From Gallibacterium genomosp. 1 (lineage in GTDB: Bacteria; Pseudomonadota; Gammaproteobacteria; Enterobacterales; Pasteurellaceae): a DNA stretch of 24,000 bases. Below the pieces are notes generated by a model. The model searched no databases, was not told where the DNA came from, and worked only from the letters and a program-made list of their open reading frames with translations. This document shows positions 1 to 10,300 of this stretch, in pieces. Numbering within the stretch: the stretch's first letter is position 1; every line of letters begins with the position of its first letter. A program made the position numbers and the translations under genes. The DNA lies in contig NZ_JPXX01000025.1 of the NCBI RefSeq assembly GCF_000771875.1, positions 31,633-55,632 of the forward strand, read 5' to 3'.

Positions 1-19
1 AGGGAGCCTATTGCTCCCC
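1..19 (-). terminator. Probable intrinsic terminator hairpin downstream of ybaB (truncated by window edge)
   Basis: The minus-strand RNA reads GGGGAGC-AAUAG-GCUCCCU, a 7-bp stem including a terminal G.U pair (plus-strand GGGAGC 2..7 / GCTCCC 13..18). It starts 7 nt after the ybaB TAA (27..29). Any U-tail would lie outside the window, so the call is incomplete. Confidence 0.4.
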
Positions 20-26
20 ATCTTTA

Positions 27-356
27 TTAGAAAGGCATTTTAAAACCTGATGGTAATTGCATTCCGGCTGTAACGGAAGCCATTTTCTCTTTTTGTAATT
101 CATCCGCACGGCGTACTGCATCATTAAATGCAGCAGCAACCAAATCCTCCAACATTTCCTTATCATCTTCTAATAAAGAAGGATCGATCTCCACACGGCG
201 GCAACTATGTGCACCATTAACTGTTACTTTAACCAAGCCGGCACCAGATTCTCCTGTAACTTCCATCTGTGCAATCTCTTCTTGCATTTTCTGCATCCGT
301 TCCTGCATCTGTTGGGCCTGTTTCATCAAGCCTCCCAATCCACCTTTTCCAAACAT
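27..356 (-). CDS. ybaB: Nucleoid-associated protein YbaB/EbfC
   Basis: 109-aa ORF. The sequence [18 protein letters not shown]...[12 protein letters not shown] is almost colinear with E. coli YbaB as I recall it. It lies directly downstream of dnaX, as in the conserved apt-dnaX-ybaB arrangement. Confidence 0.95.
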   Translation of the reverse strand: MFGKGGLGGLMKQAQQMQERMQKMQEEIAQMEVTGESGAGLVKVTVNGAHSCRRVEIDPSLLEDDKEMLEDLVAAAFNDAVRRADELQKEKMASVTAGMQLPSGFKMPF

Positions 357-428
357 AATGTTTACCTATCTATTGTGTAGTGAAAAATAAAAGCTGTATT
401 TTAACTGAAAAGTATATTTGTGCAATTC

Positions 429-2594
429 TCAATGATTCGATTTACCTGTCGGACGAACGGAATCTAAAGCAATCTTAGCCTCAAATTGTTGCATAAAATC
501 CTGTAACACCGGATCTTGTTGCAAATTTTGTTGTGCTTGAATCACTAATTGCTGATAAATTTCGTTGCGAATCTCAAACGGTGTTTTTTGATCTCCTTGA
601 TAAACATCAAGCTCAATCCGCATTTGATTCCCGTAAAAATCTTTCAATGCTTGTGTAATAAAAGCCGAATCTAAAGTTTTTAATAAATTAAAGGCTTCAG
701 GACGCAGACCTAATTTCAAAAAATCATCTGTTTTTTCAAGGATCACCGATTTTAATAAAATACCTTTGCTATTGCCCTTAACTGCCATTTTTTCAATATC
801 ACTGCTCCACTCACTCTGTTTTGCAGTTAAAGCAATAATCTGCTCCAATACTTCAGGCGTATATCGTTTCAATAAAGTTTGTTTAATTTCCGAAGGCTTT
901 ACTGCCTGTCCCTGAAGTGCCAATGAAGGATCGCTCCAAGACCAGTGATAATCCTCATTGATACTTTCATTTTCGCTTTCTTCTTCATCGTTGGCTTCAG
1001 TACTAGCTTTTTCCCACAACGAAGATGATGGTTCTGCAACATCTATATTATGAGCATAATCATTTGTTATAAGCTCCCTATTTTCAGGTTCAGAATTCTG
1101 TTTTCTTGAAATTGAAGGAGGTACTTCATTTACTGACCGAATAGCTCGATCTTCTACAAGATCAAACTTTTTTTTTTCGCTCTCTACAACATTCTTATTA
1201 TCCAGAACCATATGTGCCGTCTGCCCTTGTTCTAGATTAGAAACCGCTTGCAGAATACTCAAAGATTGTTGTGCTGAAGACTTAATCGACTGTTGTTGAT
1301 TGCTATCCGCCGGTATAGTCGCTTCATTACTGTCAATTTGCGGCTGCACGACCTGTTTCCAACTACTACCTGTAGTTTCCCCATTCACAGGGGTTATTTG
1401 TACATCATTACTCGTACTCTGTTGTAGCGAATGCTGTACAGAAAAAGGTGACTTCTCAATTTTTTCAGAGGTAATTTCTGTATGAGAAACAACTGCCGTT
1501 TCATTAGGCAAGGAAAAACGCTTTGGATGAAACGCCAATGCACGCAACATCGTCATCTCAACACCAATTTTGGGATCCGGTGAATAAGACAGTTCTTCTC
1601 GTCCTTTAACCATTAATTCGTAATAGAACTGCACATCCTCTGGCGAGAGATTTTTTGCTAATAAAGTTAATGCCGTATTCGCTTGTTCAGGATTTGGCGG
1701 TAGGAACTGCAACATAGCAATTTGATGTAACGTTTCTGCCATCTCCTGCAATACTCTTTCCCAATCAACGCCTTGTTGTGTAATCTCATACAACACTTGC
1801 ATTGCTTGCTCACCATCTGCTTGAGAAAGCGCTTTTAATAAGGCGATTGATTTATCGTTATCCAACAAGCCAAGCATCATATTGACATCATTGACATTAA
1901 TATTGCTATTACTCAAGGCTATCGCTTGATCGGTTAAACTTAAAGCATCACGCACACTGCCTTGTGCCGCACGCGCAATTTTCATCAAAGCTTGTGGTTG
2001 ATAATCGATATGCTCTTTTTGCAATAATTTCTGCAAATGTGCAGCAATCACATCCGCATCCAACGCTTTTAAATGAAATTGAATGCATCGGGAAAGAACA
2101 GTAATTGGCAATTTTTGCGGATCGGTCGTTGCCAAGAGGAATTTGACATATTCGGGCGGCTCTTCCAATGTTTTTAACAACGCATTAAAACTATGTCGAG
2201 ATAACATATGCACTTCATCGATAAGATAAATCTTGAATCGACCACGTACCGGTTTGTATTGCACATTATCCAGCAACTCTCGAGTATCTTCGACTTTAGT
2301 ACGTGAAGCCGCATCGATTTCAATCAGATCAATAAAATTCCCTTCTTTAATCGCACGACAATTTTCACATTCACCGCACGGAGTAGCTGTAATCCCTTTT
2401 TCACAATTTAATCCTTTGGCAAACAGACGAGCAATAGATGTTTTTCCAACACCGCGAGTGCCGGAAAACAGATAAGCATGGTGTAATCGTTGATTATTTA
2501 AGGCATTGGTCAACGCAGCAATAATATGCTCCTGCCCTACTACATCAGAAAACTGATCCGGTCTCCATTTACGCGCCAATACCTGATAACTCAT
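429..2594 (-). CDS. dnaX: DNA polymerase III subunit tau (full-length DnaX product)
   Basis: 721-aa ORF with ATG at 2594. The N-terminus MSYQVLARKWRP matches E. coli DnaX. It has Walker A GTRGVGKTS, a zinc module CGECENC, Walker B LIDEVHML and the SRC motif (VLSRC). The C-terminal half is a long low-complexity linker followed by the tau-specific domains. Confidence 0.97.
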   Translation of the reverse strand: MSYQVLARKWRPDQFSDVVGQEHIIAALTNALNNQRLHHAYLFSGTRGVGKTSIARLFAKGLNCEKGITATPCGECENCRAIKEGNFIDLIEIDAASRTKVEDTRELLDNVQYKPVRGRFKIYLIDEVHMLSRHSFNALLKTLEEPPEYVKFLLATTDPQKLPITVLSRCIQFHLKALDADVIAAHLQKLLQKEHIDYQPQALMKIARAAQGSVRDALSLTDQAIALSNSNINVNDVNMMLGLLDNDKSIALLKALSQADGEQAMQVLYEITQQGVDWERVLQEMAETLHQIAMLQFLPPNPEQANTALTLLAKNLSPEDVQFYYELMVKGREELSYSPDPKIGVEMTMLRALAFHPKRFSLPNETAVVSHTEITSEKIEKSPFSVQHSLQQSTSNDVQITPVNGETTGSSWKQVVQPQIDSNEATIPADSNQQQSIKSSAQQSLSILQAVSNLEQGQTAHMVLDNKNVVESEKKKFDLVEDRAIRSVNEVPPSISRKQNSEPENRELITNDYAHNIDVAEPSSSLWEKASTEANDEEESENESINEDYHWSWSDPSLALQGQAVKPSEIKQTLLKRYTPEVLEQIIALTAKQSEWSSDIEKMAVKGNSKGILLKSVILEKTDDFLKLGLRPEAFNLLKTLDSAFITQALKDFYGNQMRIELDVYQGDQKTPFEIRNEIYQQLVIQAQQNLQQDPVLQDFMQQFEAKIALDSVRPTGKSNH
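1145..1178 (-). other. Candidate programmed -1 frameshift / slippage cassette in dnaX (would yield a gamma-like ~477-aa product)
   Basis: Coding-strand codons 473-478 read GAA AAA AAA AAG UUU GAU (plus-strand T10 at 1168..1177), which contains the heptamer A AAA AAG. The -1 frame reads GUU UGA immediately after it (TGA at 1164..1162). A hairpin GAUCUU-GUAG-AAGAUC (1148..1163) begins 3 nt downstream. See the findings for caveats. Confidence 0.5.
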
Positions 2595-2615
2595 ACTTTC
2601 CCTTTTTATCTTATG

Positions 2616-3161
2616 TTAGTGTCCGGCAAAATCCACCAATGTAAAAGGTTCTACACCCAATTTACGCAAACGCTCTTCACCACCTAATTCGGGTAAACTA
2701 ATAACAAATGCAGCGTGTTCAACTTTACCGCCTAAACGTTGAATCAATTTAATAGTGGCCTCCACTGTGCCGCCGGTCGCCAACAAATCGTCAATAATAA
2801 GCACATTATCATTTTGATTGACTGAATCGGTATGCATTTCTAGAGTATCCTGACCATACTCTAATTCATAAGATTGCGAAATCACTTCACGCGGCAATTT
2901 ACCTGGTTTTCTCACTAAAATAAAAGGCACATTTAAAGCCAACGCTACCGGCGCACCGAAAATAAATCCTCTTGATTCTGTACCGGCAACTTTTGTAATG
3001 TTTTTATCTTTAAAGTACTCTGTGATTAAATCGATAGTTGCTTTAAATGCTATCGGAGTTTCGACTAAACTGGTAATATCACGGAAAATAATGCCTTCCG
3101 CAGGATAATTTGGAATAGATTTAATTGATGATTTAATTAATTCTTTTTGCTGTTGGTTCAT
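2616..3161 (-). CDS. apt: Adenine phosphoribosyltransferase
   Basis: PRPP-binding motif [13 protein letters not shown] and overall Apt-like sequence. I place the start at the internal ATG at 3161 ([14 protein letters not shown]...), giving a typical ~181-aa Apt. The 28-aa upstream extension in the ORF track (to 3245) has no counterpart in Apt proteins. Confidence 0.92.
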   Translation of the reverse strand: MNQQQKELIKSSIKSIPNYPAEGIIFRDITSLVETPIAFKATIDLITEYFKDKNITKVAGTESRGFIFGAPVALALNVPFILVRKPGKLPREVISQSYELEYGQDTLEMHTDSVNQNDNVLIIDDLLATGGTVEATIKLIQRLGGKVEHAAFVISLPELGGEERLRKLGVEPFTLVDFAGH

Positions 3162-3268
3162 TATAATTTGCCTAACAAAAATTATACAGCTTCCGCTGTT
3201 CTCAAAGTTTCGTATTCTAACAGTGCTACTTCTGAAAAAATACACTTTTATATCAAAAAATAAAATTT

Positions 3269-4219
3269 CTATTGATAAATATCAACGCCGTCTTTACGCG
3301 TTCTCAGTAATCGTAAAATCCAAACATACTGTTCTGGTGTTGCCGTTACAAATTTTTCGATTACTTCATTCATTAACCTTGCACTTTGATGCTCATCGTC
3401 TGTCAACGCTAATGGTGCATCAATCTCAATTTCATAACGTCCTTGTTGTACGTTATAACGGGCAAACATTGGAATTACCACAGCTTTAGCGATTTTGCAC
3501 ATTTTATTCAGTCCGGGTAATGTCGCCTTGTAAGTTGCAAAAAAATCGGCATAAACACTTAATTCTTCGCCATAATCTTCATCCGGCAGATAATAGCCCA
3601 TCTCCCCTTTGCGGACTGCATTCAGAAAAGGCTTAATTCCATTTTGGCGTGCGTGCATTTTGCCGCCGAAACGTTCTCGAACCGTATTCCAAAGCCAATC
3701 TACCAGTGGATTTCGATGTGGATTATACATTGCGGTCATTGGCATTCCTTGCGTATGCAAAATGATACCGGAAGCATCAATAGCCCAAGTATGAGGAACC
3801 AGCAAAATAATATTTTTACCCTGCTGTTTTGCCTGACGTAAATGCTCTATACCTAAAAACAGACTCCTTTTTTGCAAATGCTTAGTGGAACGCAATGCTA
3901 TTTCTCCAATTCCCAACATTGTTTGTGCCACTGTAATAAACATTTTGTCGATCACTTGCTCACGCTGCTGTTCACTCCAATGTGGAAAACAGTAACGTAA
4001 ATTGACTTGTGCCCGTTTTCGTTGTTTTTTTGCTATTTTCCCGACCAATAAACCAATTTTCGCTGCCAAAACATCACGGCAACGAAACGGCACAAAAGCC
4101 AATAAAGCTAATAAAAACACACCAAACCAAACACCCCAAAATTTTGGAAGCAGATAACTCCAACGGAACTGAGGTTCATACCCTGCTCGTGCTGTAATTC
4201 TTCTATTTTCGTCAGACAT
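3269..4219 (-). CDS. lpxM: Lipid A biosynthesis late acyltransferase (HtrB/MsbB family, LpxM-like)
   Basis: 316 aa with an N-terminal membrane anchor ([17 protein letters not shown]) and an HX4D catalytic motif (VPHTWAID). The block [10 protein letters not shown]...[15 protein letters not shown] resembles E. coli LpxM (MsbB) more than LpxL, from recall. The LpxM versus LpxL assignment is not certain. Confidence 0.8.
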   Translation of the reverse strand: MSDENRRITARAGYEPQFRWSYLLPKFWGVWFGVFLLALLAFVPFRCRDVLAAKIGLLVGKIAKKQRKRAQVNLRYCFPHWSEQQREQVIDKMFITVAQTMLGIGEIALRSTKHLQKRSLFLGIEHLRQAKQQGKNIILLVPHTWAIDASGIILHTQGMPMTAMYNPHRNPLVDWLWNTVRERFGGKMHARQNGIKPFLNAVRKGEMGYYLPDEDYGEELSVYADFFATYKATLPGLNKMCKIAKAVVIPMFARYNVQQGRYEIEIDAPLALTDDEHQSARLMNEVIEKFVTATPEQYVWILRLLRTRKDGVDIYQ

Positions 4220-4229
4220 CTTATTCTAT

Positions 4230-4994
4230 TCAGTTAAACCAACCATAGTCATACATCATTTTTGCCGTCATAATAAATGCCATTATGACTACCATTGGAC
4301 GAATTAATTTTTGCCCTTTAGTTAATACCATTTTGGCACCTAATCTTGCTCCTAAAAAACCACCAATCATCATAACAAATCCAAGCATCCAATAAACTTC
4401 TCCACCCAAGATAAAAAAGACTAATGAGGTAAAATTGGAAGTGAAATTCAAAATTTTAGCGTGAGCTGTTGCTTTTGCTAAATTAAATCCTAATAAAGTA
4501 ACAAAAGCGACACACAAAAAAGAACCTGTTCCCGGACCAAAAAAGCCATCATAAAAACCAATCGGGAATGCCGCTGCTAATGCAAATGCAGTAAAACTTA
4601 AACGTTGATGACAATCTTTCTCACCTAATTTAGGGGAAAATAAAAAATACAAGCCAACAATCAACACCAAAATAGGTAATAACGATTTGATCACAGATGC
4701 ATCAATTAATTGCACTGAAATCGTACCAATCATTGCACCAGTAAAAGTACCAATAACCATCTTCCAAACAGTACGCAAATCTACCGCTTTTTTTCTCACA
4801 AAATAAAGACTTGCAGAAAAAGAACCGCCACTTGCCTGTAATTTATTAGTCGCTAATGCCGCTGCTGGCGGTAATCCAGCTGCCAATAATGCAGGAATCG
4901 TGATCAATCCACCGCCTCCAGCAATAGCGTCAATAAAACCGGCTACTCCAGCCAATAAAAAAAGAATCGCATAAATATCTAAGCCGATGTCCAT
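4230..4994 (-). CDS. yfcA: TSUP (TauE/SafE) family inner-membrane transporter YfcA
   Basis: Polytopic membrane protein with GGGGLITIPALL...ATNKLQASGGS motifs like E. coli YfcA. The aroC-mepA-yfcA order matches E. coli. I moved the start to ATG 4994 (MDIGLDIY...), which is preceded by the strong SD AGAGGAG. The ORF-track start at 5027 would overlap mepA. Confidence 0.82.
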   Translation of the reverse strand: MDIGLDIYAILFLLAGVAGFIDAIAGGGGLITIPALLAAGLPPAAALATNKLQASGGSFSASLYFVRKKAVDLRTVWKMVIGTFTGAMIGTISVQLIDASVIKSLLPILVLIVGLYFLFSPKLGEKDCHQRLSFTAFALAAAFPIGFYDGFFGPGTGSFLCVAFVTLLGFNLAKATAHAKILNFTSNFTSLVFFILGGEVYWMLGFVMMIGGFLGARLGAKMVLTKGQKLIRPMVVIMAFIMTAKMMYDYGWFN

Positions 4995-5016
4995 TTTTTC
5001 TCCTCTATTTGCTGTG

Positions 5017-5862
5017 TTATTGTGCAAACCACTGCTGTTTATCAGGGGAATCTAATAATTGTTGACACAAAAAAGGCAATTGTGGTGTTTTTTTCGGTGA
5101 ACTCGGCACAGTTGTAGAATGAGGTTTAAACCACGACATCAGCTCCTCACCACAACCGTCTCCAGCAGGAATCGGTGTCTGCTCTTCACAATATTGAGCT
5201 CCCTTAGGGCAATGTAAACGTACGTGAAAATGAGCATCGTGTCCAAACCACGGACGTAATTTTCTTAACCAACTACGATCACCTTTAACCGTTTGGCACA
5301 GTTTCAATTTAATCGCCGGATTGACAAAGATTCTTGCCACTTTATCATCCTGAGCCGCTAAACGAATTAATTCTGTCTGATTTGATGTCCAAACACGCTC
5401 ATCTACCCGTTGCGCTTTGCGATCCACCATTAAAATAGCTGTCGGGTTTAAGGCCTGCTTTGCGCTCATTGCCCCCATTTTTAACCAAATATCAGCATCC
5501 AATCCCATTTGATGGCTAGCGTGCCCGCTAGCAAAACGACCACCAGCGGGCATTGCAATATCGCCAACTAACATTGTCGGCAAACCTGCATTTTTAACCT
5601 TTTGTCCCAAACGCTGCAAATAATTCAACATCTCTGGATGCCCGAAAAAACGCAGCTTTTGAGAGCGAATCACCTGATACCCTTCACCTTGTAAAGGCAA
5701 CGCCTGTGCGCCAATAATACAACCATTGCTGTAACTGCCAATTGGCAACGGATCACCAGCAATCGGTCGCTTAATTCTTTGCCATTCTGTTTCCGCTAAA
5801 CCAACATTCATCAAACTAAAAATAACACAGAGCGCTAAAACAATTCGCTGACTAAGCTTCAT
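5017..5862 (-). CDS. mepA: Penicillin-insensitive murein DD-endopeptidase MepA
   Basis: 281 aa with the signal peptide [23 protein letters not shown]. It carries metallopeptidase His/Asp motifs ([19 protein letters not shown]) and is positioned after aroC as in E. coli. The ATG at 5862 overlaps the aroC 3' end by 11 nt (ATGAAGCTTAG). Confidence 0.9.
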   Translation of the reverse strand: MKLSQRIVLALCVIFSLMNVGLAETEWQRIKRPIAGDPLPIGSYSNGCIIGAQALPLQGEGYQVIRSQKLRFFGHPEMLNYLQRLGQKVKNAGLPTMLVGDIAMPAGGRFASGHASHQMGLDADIWLKMGAMSAKQALNPTAILMVDRKAQRVDERVWTSNQTELIRLAAQDDKVARIFVNPAIKLKLCQTVKGDRSWLRKLRPWFGHDAHFHVRLHCPKGAQYCEEQTPIPAGDGCGEELMSWFKPHSTTVPSSPKKTPQLPFLCQQLLDSPDKQQWFAQ

Positions 5863-6940
5863 TTTTTAATCCACATTGTCCTTGATAACGTAATAAATGA
5901 TCCATTAACACGATCGCTACCATTGCCTCTGCAATCGGCACTGCACGAATACCGACGCAAGGATCGTGTCTGCCTTTGGTGACCACATCAACTGCTTGAT
6001 TGTGCAAATTTACGCTGCGTCCCGGAATAGTGATGCTAGAGGTCGGTTTTAATGCAATTGTCGCTACTATTGGTTGCCCCGAACTGATCCCTCCTAAAAT
6101 TCCACCGGCGTGATTGGAACAAAAACCTTGCGGTGTCATTTCATCACGATGTTGACTACCACGCTGTGTTACCACTGCAAATCCATCACCTATTTCCACA
6201 CCTTTAACCGCATTAATTCCCATTAAAGCATGTGCCAAATCGGCATCCAAACGATCAAAAACCGGTTCACCTAATCCAACTGGAACATTTTCCGCCACCA
6301 CGGTCAATTTTGCACCAATAGAATCACCGGTTTTCTTTAATTCTCGGATTAATGCATCGAATTTTTCAATTGTTGCCTCATCCGGACAGAAAAATGGATT
6401 ACTGTTAACAAAATCCCAATCAATTTTCTCTAATTGTTGTGCCGGCACTTGGATATCACCAATTTGAGATAAAAATGCACGAATTTTGATGCCGAAATGC
6501 TGTGCAAGATATTTTTTAGCAATCCCTCCAGCTGCAACACGGATTGCGGTTTCCCGTGCGGAAGAACGACCGCCACCACGATAATCTCTAATGCCGTATT
6601 TCTGTTGATAGGTATAATCAGCGTGTCCGGGACGGAAACGATCTTTGATCTCACTATAATCTTTAGAACGCTGATCGCTATTTTTAATCAATAAACCAAT
6701 ACTTGTTCCCGTTGTTTTTCCTTCAAACACACCTGATAAAATCTGTACTTCATCATCTTCCCGACGAGGAGTTGTATAACGAGACGTTCCCGGTTTACGT
6801 CGATCCAAATCCGGTTGAAGATCTGCTTCACTCAATTCTAATCCTGGCGGAACACCATCAACAATACCACCTAATGCAATACCGTGCGACTCTCCAAACG
6901 TCGTTACTTTAAATAGTTGTCCAATACTATTGCCTGCCAT
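5852..6940 (-). CDS. aroC: Chorismate synthase
   Basis: 362 aa. The sequence [20 protein letters not shown]...[11 protein letters not shown]...GRHDPCV is characteristic of AroC. The SD GAGGAAG lies upstream of ATG 6940. Confidence 0.97.
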   Translation of the reverse strand: MAGNSIGQLFKVTTFGESHGIALGGIVDGVPPGLELSEADLQPDLDRRKPGTSRYTTPRREDDEVQILSGVFEGKTTGTSIGLLIKNSDQRSKDYSEIKDRFRPGHADYTYQQKYGIRDYRGGGRSSARETAIRVAAGGIAKKYLAQHFGIKIRAFLSQIGDIQVPAQQLEKIDWDFVNSNPFFCPDEATIEKFDALIRELKKTGDSIGAKLTVVAENVPVGLGEPVFDRLDADLAHALMGINAVKGVEIGDGFAVVTQRGSQHRDEMTPQGFCSNHAGGILGGISSGQPIVATIALKPTSSITIPGRSVNLHNQAVDVVTKGRHDPCVGIRAVPIAEAMVAIVLMDHLLRYQGQCGLKNEA

Positions 6941-6963
6941 ATTCGCTTCCTCTTTCTAATACT

Positions 6964-9900
6964 TTATTGTGTTAATTTATTTTCTGTCGATGTCGCCACT
7001 TTCATTTCTTCACCGCTTTGTTGATTTTTGATAAAAACATCCAACTGATTAAAGGCGATTTCAATATTATTTTCTGCAAATAATTGATTAATTCTGCGAT
7101 TCAAAAAATCTGTTGTTGGCAATCTGTCCGACAAATCTCCTACATAAACACGCAATTCGTGATCCAAAGTACTAGCACCAAAAGTAAGAAAATAAGCTTT
7201 TGGCTCTGGTTCTTTCAACACTTTTTCACAATCCTTCGCTGCTTGTAACAACAATCTTTTCGTTAAATCCAAATCTGAACCATAAGCAACCCCGACGGTA
7301 ATAACCAAACGCGTGATCGTGTTAGACAATGCCCAGTTTGTCAAACGTTCCGTTACAAATGCTTTATTCGGAACAATCACTTCCTTACCATCATAATCAA
7401 CCAATGTGGTTGCACGAATACGAATTTTGGAAACCGTACCCGAATATTCACCGATAGTAATGGTATCACCAATACGTACCGGACGTTCAAACAGGATAAT
7501 AATACCAGAAACAAAATTTGCAAAAATTTCCTGCAAACCGAAACCAAGACCAACAGATAATGCCGCAAATAACCACTGCAATTTCGACCACGACATTCCC
7601 AATGTTGAAAATGCCCAAGCAGCGCCAATTGCTACGATAAAATAGGTTAATAAAGTTGTAATAGTATAAGGCGCACCTTGTGAAAGTTTAATTCTCGAAA
7701 AAACAAACACCTCTAATAAACCAGCAATATTTCTGACTAACACATAAGTGACTAATAGAATAAAAATTGCCAATAACATATTTAATAAGGTGATAGATTC
7801 CACTACCGTGCCTGTTTCAGTGGCAACCGTCTGTTGCCACAAAGTGATGCTTTCCAAGTGATACGCCACTGCTAATAAATCTGACCATACAATATAGTAA
7901 AAACAGACTAATACTGCCCATAATGCCCATTCAGCAATACGCGCCACCTGTTGTTTAACCTGACTCAATGCCAATTCGGAATCTTTAGTATCAATTACAA
8001 TTTCCTCTGAACGCCCATTTTCATTTTTATTTTGATTTTTCTCCCGCTGCTCTTTTAAGCGTTTATACGCTAAACGTCTTGCTGATACCGCTAATGTGCG
8101 ATCTGTAATCTGTTTGATTAATACCCATAAAACAGTAACCAAATAACTAGCAATAAAATGCGTAATTAAATTTAAAGCAGTATAGTAATAACCAACGACA
8201 ATCAACACGATCAATGCTATCGGAATTAATAGTAACAATACACGAATAACTTTCAACAATACAGGCCCAACGTGTTGAGAACCGCCATCATTTTCTTGTG
8301 TTGCTTCATACTTTCTTACCGCATATCCAAAACGAGGGGCAATAATTAAGACACAGAAAATCAACGCCGAGATAGTAATAACCTCGCCTATAACATCATT
8401 AGTCAACGGCGTATTACTCATATCGCTAATCAGAGTGGTATTAATTAAGAAAATAATCGCCCAAATCGAACGCTTTAATACCGCTAAAAATAACTTACCA
8501 CTCTCTTTTGCCAAACCAAAATGGCGATAAACAAGACCATTTGGTTTCAATAATTCAATCAAGAAAGAAAATAGCCACCAATAACCTGCCATTTTTAATG
8601 TCCACGGCCATGCTAAAATAGGATCGGCAATGATGAAATGCCCCACCAGCACAAAAATGATTAAAAACATCAATGGATAAGGCACTACTAATATTGCTGT
8701 TAACAAAATAGCTAACGGCGTATGCCACTGACTATCTGCATTTAATGAACCAACTTGAGAATTTATCTTTGCTAGCCAAGATTGTAGTTTCACTTTTTGT
8801 GAATAAATCAATGCTGCAACTAAAGATAGGAACAAAACAAAGCCTAGCATCGGAATAAGATTACGACTGAAATGGCGCGTGTCAATCGCATTACTTATAT
8901 TCTTTAACTGTGTCAACGCCAAATTCGGAAATGAGACTATCCAATCCCAATCAATTGGATTATTGCTCTTAACCCAGAAACTCTGCTGTTGTAATTTTTG
9001 TTGCAAATCATCACTAATTAACCTGACCTGTTGCTGATTTAACTCAATAGTAATCGCTAAATTTAACTGTGTATTTAATAACTTAAGAATATCCGAATAA
9101 ATTTTCTTCCGCTCAGATAATACCGAAATTAAAGTGCTTTTCTCAGCATCACTCAATCCTGAAGAATTAGGTAGCTTAGTGATATACTCTTCCGGTGCGT
9201 AAATAGCATCTCTTGCTTGCGTTAAATCAAAAATCTGTACACGCAGATCAGCAATACGCTTTCCCAAACCTTCTATCGTTTGATCGGTCGGTAAATTCTG
9301 TTTTTGCTGATTAATAATACGGGATAAGACTAAAGTCCCCTGCAATGCACTAATCTGTTCATCAATACTACGCTGTGTTTGTGTTAAGTTATCCAACACA
9401 TTTTTAATGCGTAAACTCTCTTGCGACAATTGATTGGAAGTTTGAGTTTCACTCAATAACTGCTGACTTAATTGCGTATTCTGATTTAACTCATTCTGAA
9501 TCAATGGATTAACATTGTCATCCTTTGTCTGTTGAGATTTCTCTAATTGCGCTAATTGTTTTTTAGAGGCATCTAAACGTTTGTTATTGAGTACAGATTG
9601 CAATGCTTGTTGTTCACTTTTCGCCTGCTGTAAATAGTAAGTTTTTTGATCACGCTGTAATTCATACCAAGAGTTAAACGTAGAACTCTCTTTCAATAAA
9701 GTTTGATTATAGTCATTCTGCGCTTCAATCAATGCTAGCTCAATTTGATATTTATTCACAAAAATCGGATCGAGCTGACTATCCGCTAACGCTTTATTAA
9801 TCGTCTGTGTTTTTGCCAAATTATCCCTTAATATCGATTGAATTCGATCTGGCAACGTCTGTTGGCTTACTAATTTAGAGGCAATTTCATTTAGTGTAGT

Positions 9901-10299
9901 TTGCAACTCATCCACTTTTTGAAAAGAGAGCTCCATTCTCTTTTGTAGATTATCTTCCGACAATTTTGCTAAATCATCGGTATTGATTGCATTATTAGAA
10001 TTTGTTTTAAGTTTTTGTAACTCTGCCTGTAATTTAGGAATTTCTATTGTTGCCGTTTTAATCTGACTGTTCAGCTCGTTTGTCTGTTTTTTCTGCTCAT
10101 CCAACTGTTTCAATAAATCCAAACTGTCATTCAATGCAGTTAGTAATTGTTGTTGCGTGGCTTCATTACTGTTAGGATTTGCTTTTTGTGCTGCAATTTG
10201 CGTCTGGATATCGTTCGCGGAAGGAATTTGAGCCTGCACATTAATACAGGCAAATAAAGCCGCCAAAAACAGCACGAAAACAAAAATACGTTTGCACAT
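6964..10299 (-). CDS. mscK: Large mechanosensitive channel of the MscK (KefA/AefA) family
   Basis: 1111 aa. It has a signal peptide (likely cleaved after VQA), a Q-rich periplasmic coiled-coil region of about 450 aa and multiple TM helices. The C-terminal MscS-like domain GFGLQEIFANFVSGIIILFERPVRIGDTITIGEYSGTVSKIRIRATT matches my recollection of E. coli MscK better than MscM. Confidence 0.85.
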   Translation of the reverse strand: MCKRIFVFVLFLAALFACINVQAQIPSANDIQTQIAAQKANPNSNEATQQQLLTALNDSLDLLKQLDEQKKQTNELNSQIKTATIEIPKLQAELQKLKTNSNNAINTDDLAKLSEDNLQKRMELSFQKVDELQTTLNEIASKLVSQQTLPDRIQSILRDNLAKTQTINKALADSQLDPIFVNKYQIELALIEAQNDYNQTLLKESSTFNSWYELQRDQKTYYLQQAKSEQQALQSVLNNKRLDASKKQLAQLEKSQQTKDDNVNPLIQNELNQNTQLSQQLLSETQTSNQLSQESLRIKNVLDNLTQTQRSIDEQISALQGTLVLSRIINQQKQNLPTDQTIEGLGKRIADLRVQIFDLTQARDAIYAPEEYITKLPNSSGLSDAEKSTLISVLSERKKIYSDILKLLNTQLNLAITIELNQQQVRLISDDLQQKLQQQSFWVKSNNPIDWDWIVSFPNLALTQLKNISNAIDTRHFSRNLIPMLGFVLFLSLVAALIYSQKVKLQSWLAKINSQVGSLNADSQWHTPLAILLTAILVVPYPLMFLIIFVLVGHFIIADPILAWPWTLKMAGYWWLFSFLIELLKPNGLVYRHFGLAKESGKLFLAVLKRSIWAIIFLINTTLISDMSNTPLTNDVIGEVITISALIFCVLIIAPRFGYAVRKYEATQENDGGSQHVGPVLLKVIRVLLLLIPIALIVLIVVGYYYTALNLITHFIASYLVTVLWVLIKQITDRTLAVSARRLAYKRLKEQREKNQNKNENGRSEEIVIDTKDSELALSQVKQQVARIAEWALWAVLVCFYYIVWSDLLAVAYHLESITLWQQTVATETGTVVESITLLNMLLAIFILLVTYVLVRNIAGLLEVFVFSRIKLSQGAPYTITTLLTYFIVAIGAAWAFSTLGMSWSKLQWLFAALSVGLGFGLQEIFANFVSGIIILFERPVRIGDTITIGEYSGTVSKIRIRATTLVDYDGKEVIVPNKAFVTERLTNWALSNTITRLVITVGVAYGSDLDLTKRLLLQAAKDCEKVLKEPEPKAYFLTFGASTLDHELRVYVGDLSDRLPTTDFLNRRINQLFAENNIEIAFNQLDVFIKNQQSGEEMKVATSTENKLTQ

Positions 10300-10300
10300 A

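Noticed and set aside
3186-3199. Small hairpin ACAGC-GGAA-GCTGT (minus strand) in the lpxM-apt spacer, followed by ATAATTTTTGTT. Considered as a possible lpxM terminator or an apt promoter (-10 TATAAT).
   Set aside because: A 5-bp stem with the T-run displaced by 4 nt is too weak for a confident terminator call. The TATAAT reading is equally plausible, and neither can be decided from sequence alone.
10246-10257. Lipobox-like LFAC in the MscK signal peptide.
   Set aside because: Phe at position -2 is atypical for a lipobox, and a standard signal peptidase I site (VQA-QIP) follows a few residues later. I treat this as an ordinary cleavable signal peptide.
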